DNA of 64,000 bases, taken from contig JAQFVV010000005.1 in assembly GCA_028023455.1 (NCBI GenBank), positions 22,568,001 to 22,632,000 of the forward strand, read 5' to 3'. The first letter of the stretch is position 1; each line of letters opens with the position of its first letter. Made by a program: the position numbers and the translations under genes. Shown here piece after piece: positions 49,760-61,049 of this stretch. Source of the stretch: Epiperipatus broadwayi (taxonomy: Eukaryota; Animalia; Onychophora). The notes beneath the pieces were generated by a model that was not told the origin of the DNA, did not search any database, and saw nothing but the letters and a program-made list of their open reading frames with translations.

Positions 49760-50480
49760 GAAAGGAATCAATTTTATTATATCCCTCTGTAAATAATTTG
49801 TATTTTTTAAATTTGAGGACATTGATCACAAAATTTTTGCAAGAATAATCTAAAGAACTGGATAAATTTATTGTTCCAAAACTCTACTTTATATTATGCA
49901 ATCAGCTTCTCAAGTTATTATTTTAGTGCAAGAGTTGATCTTGTTTGTCAAGGAGAACAAACTTCCAAATTATATTGCATGATAAATCGATTTTAAAACT
50001 GCTTTTGATCTAATCAGTTTGGAATATCTATTTACCACATCACGAACATCTGCCTGAACATACTTATCTAATAATTGCCATCCAGAACTATCTTACCAAT
50101 AGATCAATTAAACTAAAGAATTATATACATCTTTTTTAATCTAGTTGTGACATTCCATAGGGCCCACCCACATGCATCATTGCTATTTGCAGTTATACAG
50201 ATCCTCTGATTAAAGAAATTGAATAATGCGTTGAAGGTCTTTTCCTTCCTTATCTTGGAATTACCATATAAGCTATATCCTTCATTTTTTCCAGACATCA
50301 ACTGGTTCAACAATACAAATTTGCAAATTATCTATGGCAATTGTCTACAGGCTGTGATTTTATCATCATCATTCTTCACAAGTAACTTCATACTTTCTTC
50401 ATATTCCAATCAATCTGTTTAAAACACAGTTAGTCATTACTTGAATTATCTCATTGTGAACACATTTAGCTTGAAAATGA
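49760..50480 (-). mobile_element. Possible PIF1-type helicase remnant (Helitron-like)
   Basis: SLYGNSKIRKEKTFNAL...ICITANSNDACG resembles a degenerate Walker A plus motif Ia; weak. Confidence 0.3.
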
Positions 50481-52552
50481 AAGCATTTGGCCCCCAAATC
50501 CTTTATTCCATTGTGAACGTTTGTGTAATGAATGCTTTTCATGGTGAAATACTTGTCTACTATAACCCTTGGATGTGATTATTAAACACTACTTATTATA
50601 ATAATAAACTGATTTCTGTAATAAAACCCTACACCAAGGGTTCCTTTTCACATTTTTTTATCAATCCATGACTGCACACATTCCCATATGCAAAGGAGAT
50701 CTCAATTTGATATGTCCTAAATCTTTTATAACCTATATTAGAATCAAAATGTGTATTGCAACTCTAGTTAATCAAATCCTCAAACCCCCCCCTTCCCCAA
50801 CTATTACTTGTTTCATTCTATATGTTAGGCGATTTTTTTCACAGATCAGTTTTTGAGCATGATGATCTATTAAACCAGGATCTCAAATCTTTTGTTTGCA
50901 TATCATTTAGTGATATAAAAGTAGCTTATACTTTTAGACAACTATGGACAATCTTGCCAATCATAAAGACTTTAACCAAGTTTCAAAACATGTTCTTCAA
51001 TTGTGGTTAAAATTTCTGTTTAATATATTACAAGATACTATTCCAATTAAAACATTTTTCAATAACTGGTTCAAGCTAAATCTTAAACCCATATGTATCT
51101 TATAATTATCCAGAAAAATGCTACACATATTTTAAATATGCCCATACTTTTTATCTCTATATCTATTTGTATTTCAGAAGTGTGCACTTTATTTCCTACA
51201 GTAACTTAAAAAACATGTACTTTAATCCCTATAATACATGAATGATTGTTCACACAATAAGAACAATTTGGTTTGCATGCTTTTCCATTATATTTGACAA
51301 TAAAGGGTAGCATGTACTAAAAAAAATAACAAGGAATGGTTCAATTTGTACTCACATTCTTACCCAGGAATATAAGGAACAAAACTTGATAGTCTACAAT
51401 TTGTTCCAGTTGTACATTTTTACAGCTTTAACTTTTATTGTTACTAACATTCCACAAAAGCACTCACTATTGAAGTAATTAAGCATTTAATAATATGAAC
51501 TTATGTCTGTATAATCTAAACTTTTCTTTATACATATGCTATTTGTAAAGAATGTTATCAATAAAAAATTAAATATCTTTTGATATTAAAAGTATATTTG
51601 TGTTGTATTTTAATTATTTTGTATTTGAGAAATCTGCTTTGGCAGTGAAATCAACGCTTGTGAAATTTTAATTTTTAACTCTGACAGACTTTTTAATTCT
51701 GAATTGGTATAATTTATTTATTTTATTGACTAGTTTAGCTTTTCGCTTTTAATATTGTGTTGTGTGTGTGTATGTAGTCTTCTGTTGAAAAACCCACCTC
51801 TACTTTGCTCAAACAATATGTAACAATTAAAAATAATGCTATATTTATTATATAAAGCTATTAGCCTTCAAGCATATTTACTCATGACAATCATTTAATC
51901 ATAGTGTATTGATATTTACTTGTATATGTGGTGGTGGTGGAAGAAGTGGAATAACAGTTTTTTGTATTGTTTATTACTATGATATATGCTGGAAAATTCA
52001 AAGTCCTTTTGTAACAAATGCTACACTGTAGTGATTCTTCATCAGGAAGACCAAATCCTTACTGCGCCACTACATTTTGACACTGTCCACAATTTTATGA
52101 AAATTACAAAAAATATGGTGACTATAGTGGGGTGCTACTAGGCATATAGCCTAGCACCAGATTGTGAAGAACGTTCAGTAATCATAGTGATTATTTATTT
52201 ACGTAAGGCAATCACCAAATATATGTTAAGATATTATTTTTCTCGGACTTTATTTGAACTAAATGGATACTAAATTAATAAACTAAATTAAAACAAGGAG
52301 ATTTAAATATGGTTATAAACTTTTATTATATTAATTTTCATCTTAAAACACTTGTTCACTACATGCCTTATAACATTCTAAACTGATTTGAATCTTTGAC
52401 AAGAGACAAATACAAATTTAATTTTAAGTTCAATCCTTTTTCATTTTAAATTCTGTTCACTATAAACTTTTTATAGCTTGCCTGAGGTAACACACAATGC
52501 ACAACTCCTATAATGATAGGGCTCGGGTTTTTTCTGGAGACCTGTCCAAATA

Positions 52553-53010
52553 CAGTAGATGTGCCTTAATCAACTAACAGTTTATAATATGTTTTTATTA
52601 AGTTCCAATTTAAACTGTGCATTACATAATTAAATTTTAACCTTAAGTGATGGCGTAAGTGTCCGTCGTTTGCTTACAGCCATCGGGGCATCTTTTTTAC
52701 ATGCACCAGATTCCGACATAGGGTTCATGTGTTGCTTCTCATCGGAACATTTAACTGAACTAAACAGCTTAAACCCCCCCATTTGTCTTTTAAGATTGAG
52801 CAGAACATTTTTAGGAATTAATCTCATATACTTTCATTTTAACATAACAAAAAAAAAAAATGCATATACACAAATAATAAAAAATACATTTTAAGAAATC
52901 CATCACCATACCCCCCCCCCCGTTTCAATTAAGTTTAAATAAAATTTCCATTAATAGTCCTAGACTCTATTGTTGAAACATTTTAACAGTTAATGTAGTC
53001 TAGATCTATT
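52553..53010 (-). mobile_element. Possible pogo/Tigger-type deleted derivative
   Basis: TA|CAGTAGATGTGCCTTAA end; minus-strand MAVSKRRTLTPSLKVKI resembles the start of a psq-HTH; other end degenerate. Confidence 0.35.
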
Positions 53011-53622
53011 ATGCCAACATTTAAAGAAGAGTTCTTTAAGAAAAGTTCATAGATATCCTGATCGATCAGTAGTACAACTTTCTCTAGATGGTTACAATTT
53101 TTAAATGAGTTTTCTTGGGCATGAATCTTCCGTTGTTCCATTGGTTTTCTTTTTATTTCCTCAGCTAGCTCTGCACATCTTTATTTCCCTTGGTTGACCA
53201 GGTGGTGAAAGGAGTTGTAATTCCCCAAGGGGAAAGTTCTGATATTCCTTAGCCGGACATTTTCTCGGTGCTGTTAATTTATATTTTAATTTTTCTTTGC
53301 AAATATAAGTTCAAACCAAGTCAAATGCCAAATAAGTTAAACAAGAGAAAACTCCGTAATGTATATGTTTTGTTTTCTTTCACGAACCGGATTCACACTT
53401 ACTATTTTATTTTTAGACATTTTTACCAATCCAATTTTTTGTCCTTTTTTGATCATCTTTTTTTTCAATTAGAGTAATAGATCGACTCTAGTGATATATT
53501 TAATTACAAATATTTTTAGTATCTGAAGTTTAACAATAGAGTTAATTGCAGAAATTAATTTTTACCCCTCCCCCACGTTCCTCTGAGAATTACTATTTAA
53601 AACACAAAAGAAAAAACACTTT

Positions 53623-54685
53623 GGTAAAACTGCAGTTTCCAGGTCACAATAAAATTTGAATTTTGTTTCAAATTTTTCTCACCAGAGTGTTTCTTATCGA
53701 ATATTTAAATAAAAAATTATTTATTAAAATAATACTGTGTGTTTCAGTTATTAAAATAATAACAATATATCCTACCTTAAATTATCAAAAACAATATATC
53801 CTACCAACATTCGTAATTACTTTCCATTGTAATTTTCGTTTACAATAACGATAAAATTCGCAAAGACTGCGTCAGTCGTGTAGAGAGTCCTGAAAGCATA
53901 TTCCTGCAGATAGGATTCAAATAAAGTATTTCTGGTAGTGTGAAATTGTTACATTGTCATGGGGCACATTTTACAAGTTTTCCAAAGTTGTAAGACGTGG
54001 CTTTCAGAGAGTTGTTAAATTTCCAGAGTAATTCATAAAATGAATCCTATAAATGGTAATGTAGTTGTATTACCAGAAAATGAAGTGTTACATGCTGCAG
54101 ATATTCGCATAGAAAATTGGACATCGTGTCTGTTGATGGATGAACTTCGAACTCCGGAGTTAGCAATAAAGTGGTTAGCAAGGAGGCACCTGCTTAAGCA
54201 TTGCGGCATGCAATGTTCTCTCATCAAATAGCAAGAATGTGGAGATGGTCACAGATGGCAATGCAGATTATGTCACCATCGTGTATCTATCAGAAAGAGT
54301 TCTTTTTTTAAAAAAAAGCCATTTATCCTTTAAGACAATTATGCTTGTAGTATATTATTGGGCATATAATTTGCCACAGTGTTTTATTGTTCACGAGCTA
54401 AGTGTAAGTTGGCACACTGTAGTAGACTGGGCAAATTTTTGCCGCGAAAAGTGCGCAACATATTTTTACCGACTTCCAACGCAAGTCGGTGGATTTGTTG
54501 GTAGGATATATTATTTTAATAAATTATTTTTTATAATATAATTATTTGTTATTTGTTTATATTATGATTTCGTGTATTTTATATTTCACAACAAATTTTT
54601 AAATAATTCGACAGAAAACACTCTGGTGAGAAAAATTTGAAACAAAATTCGAATTTTATTGTGACCTGGAAACTGCAGTTGTACC
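53623..54685 (+). mobile_element. Merlin (IS1595-related) DNA transposon, internally deleted
   Basis: TIRs of at least 70 bp starting GGTA; 8-bp flanks AACACTTT / AAAACTTT; N-terminal transposase WLARRHLL...DGHRWQC...SIRKSSFFKKSHL...VVDWANFCREKC...VGG; DDE domain missing. Confidence 0.85.
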
Positions 54686-54832
54686 AAAACTTTAGCACAA
54701 ACTCAAGATCTATTTTTATCTTGATTTTCAAATAAAGAATTAATTAAAATGAAGAAATTCTGATTTCTTCGTCATAAGAAAATAAACTTTTTAAACTGAT
54801 TTAAAAGACTAAAATAATGTTATATATATATA

Positions 54833-54940
54833 TTTTTTTTCATGTCTAAGCATCAGCCGGGAAGCGAACCCGCGACAACTGTCTGCAAGCAACTTCTTGC
54901 AAGGCATTTGTGCTGACCTCTCGGATACCAATGCTTGACA
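54833..54940 (-). mobile_element. tRNA-related SINE, copy 4
   Basis: Same family; GTTATATAT on both flanks is a probable TSD. Confidence 0.7.
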
Positions 54941-55729
54941 GTTATATATTTTTAATAAAACTACTTTAAACCTAATTCAAAATTAAACATATATTTACCG
55001 ATGAGGTGGCAGAAAATACCATCTCATTACAATACCTTGAAGTTTCATTGGCTAAAGTCAGATTCATCATTTAATCTAAAAAAAAAAAACCTTAGCAATT
55101 AAATATCATGACACTAACTTGCATACTGCTGTTCAGCAGCAAATTCTTTTTTCTACCACATTTACGCCACCTTGTATAAGTTTTAGCAATCAATAGATAT
55201 TGAACTAATTTCAGATTTATATAAGTGTGTTGGCTTAGATTGAAACATTAATATGATTTTTAAATTTGGGCTAATTGCTTAATAAAACAAAAAAGTAAAA
55301 TGTGACTTCTAGAGAAAAAGTTTATTAGATCCAAAAAATCCAGGAGCATTGCTTCATGTGTCTGCCATCTTTTTTATAAATAAGCCTAATACAGTATGAC
55401 TAAACACTAAAGTATAAAGTGCATAATTCATTTGAATGTTTAATTTTCTGTTAAATACAGTACTTCTTGTTTATGAAAAGTTGTTAAGGTGGAATAAAAT
55501 AAGAATAAATGTGTTATTATCTAATATATTTAATTTTAAAAAAATCTTCAAATTTAGAGACTTTTTAAATTTTATATGGCATTCTAATAAAGTAATTTAT
55601 AATTTATTGATTGACTATTTTACACTTGTTGCTGGAGCTTAGTTTGAAAACTTCCAAAAGAGCTTGTAATTTTAATGAGTTCGAGTTTTTTTCATATGAT
55701 GTGATGATATATTATCTTAACTGTTTTAG

Positions 55730-55858
55730 CGCCACCTGGTGTGGATTGTAGTAGTAAACACTGTGGTAAAAATGCTCAGTGTGTTGTTCAAAATGGAAAA
55801 GCTGTTTGTATTTGCCCAGAAGGGATGGCAGGGAATCCCGATGAAGAATGCATTAGTG
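55730..55858 (+). CDS. EGF-like exon 20 (129 nt)
   Basis: ttttag|CG...AGTG|gtaaaa; APPGVDCSSKHCGKNAQCVVQNGKAVCICPEGMAGNPDEECIS. Confidence 0.85.
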
Positions 55859-56252
55859 GTAAAATATCTTTCCTTCAATTAAAGAAATGTATTGCCATAT
55901 GCTTAGCTTTTACTCCATTGCAGAGCTTTTTACTATATTGGGCCAGGGATAAAGTGCTTTGATAAGCTTTTGCTTTTGGAATTTACATCGTTTAAGCTGC
56001 CCAGCTTCTAGAGTTATGTAAGATCAGTTTATTTTTATTGCTTCACTGTCTTACCAGTAGCATTTCTCTAAAACAAAATTAGTTTTCTTTCATGATAAAG
56101 AACAAAAAAATTGTGAAGAAATTGATTTAAAAAAAGTACAAATATAAATAAATAAAATTGATTATTGGTATGAAATCTTGTATGTTCTCAGACTTACTGT
56201 AATATTGTAAATATTAATTCTTATTAAGCGCAATGTCAGCATGTAATACATA

Positions 56253-56351
56253 TATAAGGCTAAAACCTTAGTACATGCATTATGATTTGTAGAGGTCTCT
56301 CTCGTTAAAATTAAGCACTCAAGGTGCATGTACTAAGGTTTTGGCCTTGTA
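56253..56351. mobile_element. Tiny MITE-like inverted repeat
   Basis: aaggctaaaaccttagtacatgca / tgcatgtactaaggttttggcctt. Confidence 0.5.
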
Positions 56352-58197
56352 ATATTGTAATGATTTTTTTTTGTTGGATTTACTCATTACTATTTTTTAA
56401 TTTCAGAAAAAAAATGAGATATAAATAAAGGTTATCTATTTTTAACTAGAAATCATATTGTTTAGAGAATGTAAATGCTTAAAATGTTTCTAAACTGATT
56501 TTGTTTTAGAGAAATTTATTATATGATTATTTAATTTTATGCTGCTCTGTGTGGATTTTAATATAGTAATAGATTATCAGAATAGAAAGCTGAAGATGTC
56601 TAAATTATAGCCCATTCTGTCACTTCTGATACTTATGTTTATCTGAAAGTTTGTGATGGCAGCATTTTATTGTATTTATATGTTGGGCTATCATCATTAA
56701 ATTGTTAAATGTTTTTTTTTAAAATCTAATTGTATTTATATTTTTCAAATATGTTCAACTCTTTAGTGTTTCAAGGGCGTTTATTTCCCTCTTCAGTTGT
56801 TTCTGGCCTTATCAGTGATGGTACTAGCATGGGAGTCAAACTGCTGTTCCTTAGATTCGTGAACACTGAATTTAAAGTGACACTGTACTAGTTATTTTTT
56901 AATTATTATTTCTGATGTTCATACATCACATAATCTCCCAAACTAATGATTCAGTTGTTGTTTTTTATTTTACATTGTAAAATATTTCAACTGACTGTTA
57001 TAAATGTCACAATGGATAATAAGTTTTATATAATAAAAGTAAGTCATCCTTTGAACAAATACATATTTTTTAAAGATTTCTTTGTTGCAATATTTATTGT
57101 TCTAAGCATTCTTATTTATTCTGTGTCATCTATTAAATGTTTTATCACAGAACATATAATTTAAAGAAATATTTACTTCAGCTATATCATCTATTTAAAG
57201 CTTGAGTAATTAATAGATGCTAGATAATAGTATTCATATCCAATGCTGTCCTGTACATTTTACCAGAAGAAATGATGTACCATTTTGTATAAAATTAATA
57301 AGGTCACAGTTTTATACAAAGTAAATATTTTTACAAAAAATAATCAATTTTATGCTTTTTATTTATTCTACAAGCGAGGACGGTTATTTTCAGGGGGGAA
57401 GGGGGGCAAGTAAGTAGCTGGCACCAGACCTGATTCCAGACTACTCTTCAAATTTATGGTCTTAATTAGTGATTCTCAAAACTTTTCATTGATGAGGGTC
57501 ATAAACTAGTTGGAGATATGGAAAGATAGCACTGAATAAAGATTTGATAATCAATACTCTATAGCATTTATTGATTACTTAAGCTTTCACTAGATGGCAG
57601 ACATGGAGTAAAAAAATAATAATTTGCTTTTAAAAAGTATTGTATATGATGTGTTCATATGATGATTTGTTTGAGGGAGGGGGACTACTTTCTCAACTTT
57701 TTTTTGTTCAGTATAAATTTGAATTCAGTTAATAATAATAATATAAAATAATCCAATGTTTAGTACTCAGTATTCTGAAAGAAGTTTTAGTACTGAAAGT
57801 GACAAAGTTGGATCATGATCTATAGACTATATATTACAATATAGTTCTCTCATTTATTGGTAAAACTACCCAAAGAAATATTTGACATATTTTGTCATTT
57901 GAAAAATAAGAAATATTGAAGTATTATTTTGGAAATTTATAATATTGATTTTAAATGACTGCTGACGATGATGTTGATGGATCCTTTAGTTTATTTACTT
58001 CAACTAAAATTCTTTAAATTATGGAGAGACCCAATATTTGCTTAAAGTTTATAAATCACAAGACACTTATTTTTAACTGATTTTTTTACTATTTGTATTA
58101 CGAGATTTGAATTTTAAATATTTTCTGCTAAGTTAATATCGTTCTTGAAAATAAACTTGTTTAATTTTTTCCCCATTTATTAACTTAAATATTTTAG

Positions 58198-58326
58198 TGC
58201 CCCCTAGTGTGGATTGCAGCAGTAAACGATGTGGCAAAAATGCCCAGTGTGTTGTTCAGAACAAGAAAGCTATCTGTATTTGTCCAGCTGAAATGACAGG
58301 AAACCCTGAAGAAGAATGTATTATTG
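58198..58326 (+). CDS. EGF-like exon 21 (129 nt)
   Basis: ttttag|TG...ATTG|gtatga; VPPSVDCSSKRCGKNAQCVVQNKKAICICPAEMTGNPEEECII. Confidence 0.85.
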
Positions 58327-58681
58327 GTATGATATGTGAAGAATGGGTGTTGGGTTGCTTTTGCTTTTGGAATTTGTTATATTTAAGACATTCACTATTT
58401 TAAAGTCATTGAAGTTATTTGATGTAGTTTGATTAGTCTTTTTAATAACTAACTTGTAATCAGTACCAAGCTTCAAAAAGATAGAAACAATTATTGGTCT
58501 TCTATAAAAAAAATAAACAGTAGTGCACCAAAAAAATAATTAATATTAATATAGCCTACCCATGTCCATTTTATATTATTTTCAACAATAAAAAATATGT
58601 TTTACAATATATATATATATATAATGGAATACCGCCAGGGCTTTAATATATATAATATTCAAGATTAAGACTGACATTAAT

Positions 58682-58817
58682 TAAAACAGGCAAAACTCTC
58701 CATACGTATTGCCACTCAGTGTAAGCCAGAGTAATCAATGGATGCCAGAAGTCTTGTGCATAAAATCCCTATCTAGTGCTTACTGATCCAATAAAATGGT
58801 GATCATGTGATATTTAT
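58682..58817 (-). mobile_element. Short family H end fragment
   Basis: aaaacaggcaaaactctccatacg...ctagtgcttact followed by a tail remnant. Confidence 0.6.
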
Positions 58818-59264
58818 TCAGACTAATACCACTGTATAATAAATATTTTAAAATACTCTCTAACACAGTGAAAGATAATTAACTTTAAAAAAACAGTCAT
58901 CTTTTCTTATGTTCATTTATTAATATAGAGGTTTGTCTCAAACATTTAAGTTATAAAGAATGAATATTTAAATGAATTGGGCAATGTATCTACATATGTT
59001 TCAAATCGATTTCTTTCAATGGGTGACATTAGTCTCTTAATTTATTGTCTTGTTCTGGGTTAGAGAGTTTTATAAAAATATTTATTGTGCAGAGATGAGT
59101 CTTAATGTCGAATGTTATATATATTAGATATGCTTAAAGCTTCCATTCCACCACACATTTCTGAATCATTTAAATAAAGACAAATGAATCCTGAAATGCA
59201 TTTCATGCTGAACCAACATTCTTCCTTTGGCCCAGATTTGTTCAGTATTTGTTAAGACCAAATT

Positions 59265-60495
59265 ATTACACTTTGGTTTACAAGAGTCAAACTTTCTGCA
59301 CTCACAATATTGATGCCAATTATTTCAAGTAAATATATTAATGATTATAACCAATAATTTATAAAACTAGAGATTATCTCTAGCTCAGATATAAACTTTA
59401 AATCTCAGTTAATGATAAATAGATCTGATTTTTAATTAAATATAATCATATGAAATAACTTAATTTCATTCATTTTTTCATTTGTTACATCCTTTTTAGA
59501 AATACTTAAAACTTTCACTCCATCACACATTCTTCAAATATATGAATAAAGACATCTCAAAAAGTATGGCCTCTAAGACTGATTTAATGCAAACCAGCAT
59601 TCTTAGTTTGGTACAGATCATAATCTCTTATATATATAATAAGTTAAGTTTGGTGTCTGTATTCGTTCCACAATATATGTAATATTAAAATCAATATATA
59701 TATCAAAATACAGTAAATTCACATAAATTATATAATTTTAGAAGTACTTTTGACTATACATTTTGTAATCTTTATCAACTATGTAACAGTGAATAATCAA
59801 AATGAGACAATCTTCCACAATACCCATAATTCAATTCAGATTTCCCACAATTCTGTTATTTTAACATAATCAAAATGAGATAATCTTCCACAATACCCAT
59901 AATTCAATTCAGATTTCCCACAATTCTGTTATTTTAACATTTTAAAATAACAATTGTGGGAAATCTGAATTGAATTATGGGTATTGTGGAAGATTGTCTC
60001 ATTTTGATTATTCACTGTTACATAGTTGATAAAGACTACAAGATGTATATCGAAAGTACTTCTAAAATTATATAATTTATGTGAATTTTACTGTATTTTG
60101 ATATATATATTGATTTGAATATTATATATGTCTGTTGATAAAGATATGCGTAAGATATTATCTGGGCCATATGAAGAGTATTGGTTAAGCATAAAATACA
60201 TTTTAGAGGTCATGTCTTTTTTAGATGTGTTATTCATACATTTCAAAAATGCATGGTGAATGGAGGTTTAAAGTATATCTAAAAAAAATAATACACATGA
60301 AAAAATAGAGAGTTGAATTATTCCATATGTTTATTTAAAAAACAGATATATTAATTTTGAACATAAAGTTTGTATCTAAGCTAGAGATAATCTTTAATTT
60401 AATAAATAATTAGTAATCATCATTAATTTATTTATCTGAAGTGATTGGTGTCAAAGTTGTAAGCACAGAAAGTTTGACATTTGTAAACCATATGT
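59265..60495. repeat. Nested palindrome of about 1.2 kb: older outer arms around a younger PLE-type hairpin (about 59674-60130)
   Basis: Inner arms nearly perfect with a 73-bp direct duplication (59794-59866, 59867-59939); variant HHR-like motifs at 60023-60064 (+) and 59739-59781 (-); outer arms much more diverged. Confidence 0.7.
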
Positions 60496-61049
60496 GATTG
60501 CCTTCTCATCATTATCTATCAACAATTCATTCTTTATATATGTAACTTATTCCATTTTAATTCTTCACAGAATTTTTATTATTATTATTATGAAGATCTA
60601 TAATACAAGAATACAGTGATTATATTTAATACACTATCCTACTGCTAATATTTATGTCCTAATTTTAAATGATTAATTCATTTTCTACTTTTAGCATATA
60701 TATTCTAACATCTAATCATCCATTTACCATTGTAAAGACACAAACTTGATTTATTTTGTATATTATATAGTGATGTCCTCTATTAGCAAGTGATTAAATC
60801 AATATTTACTGAAAAACTTATACATGGTAAAAAAAAAAACATTGATGTGCCCTCAGCTGCCAAGTGATTGAATCAATATTTATATAATAAGCAGCTATTC
60901 ATAAATGAGTATGGCCATTCTAACTCCAAAAGAAAAGAGAGAGAAAAAAAGCTATTCTAGAAATGAGTTTTGTAATGTCTATACAAAACAATCTGTGAAT
61001 CACAAATATATATGCATATAAAACATACTAATCTCTTTTTCTATTTACT

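Larger units (their letters stand above)
1540..58326 (+). other. Interior of a multi-exon gene encoding a tandem EGF-like repeat protein (Dumpy-type EGF modules); start and stop not in window
   Basis: 21 GT-AG exons, each a multiple of 3 nt and phase 1-1, each encoding one 6-Cys EGF-like module. They join into one open frame of 2622 nt. Confidence 0.9.
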
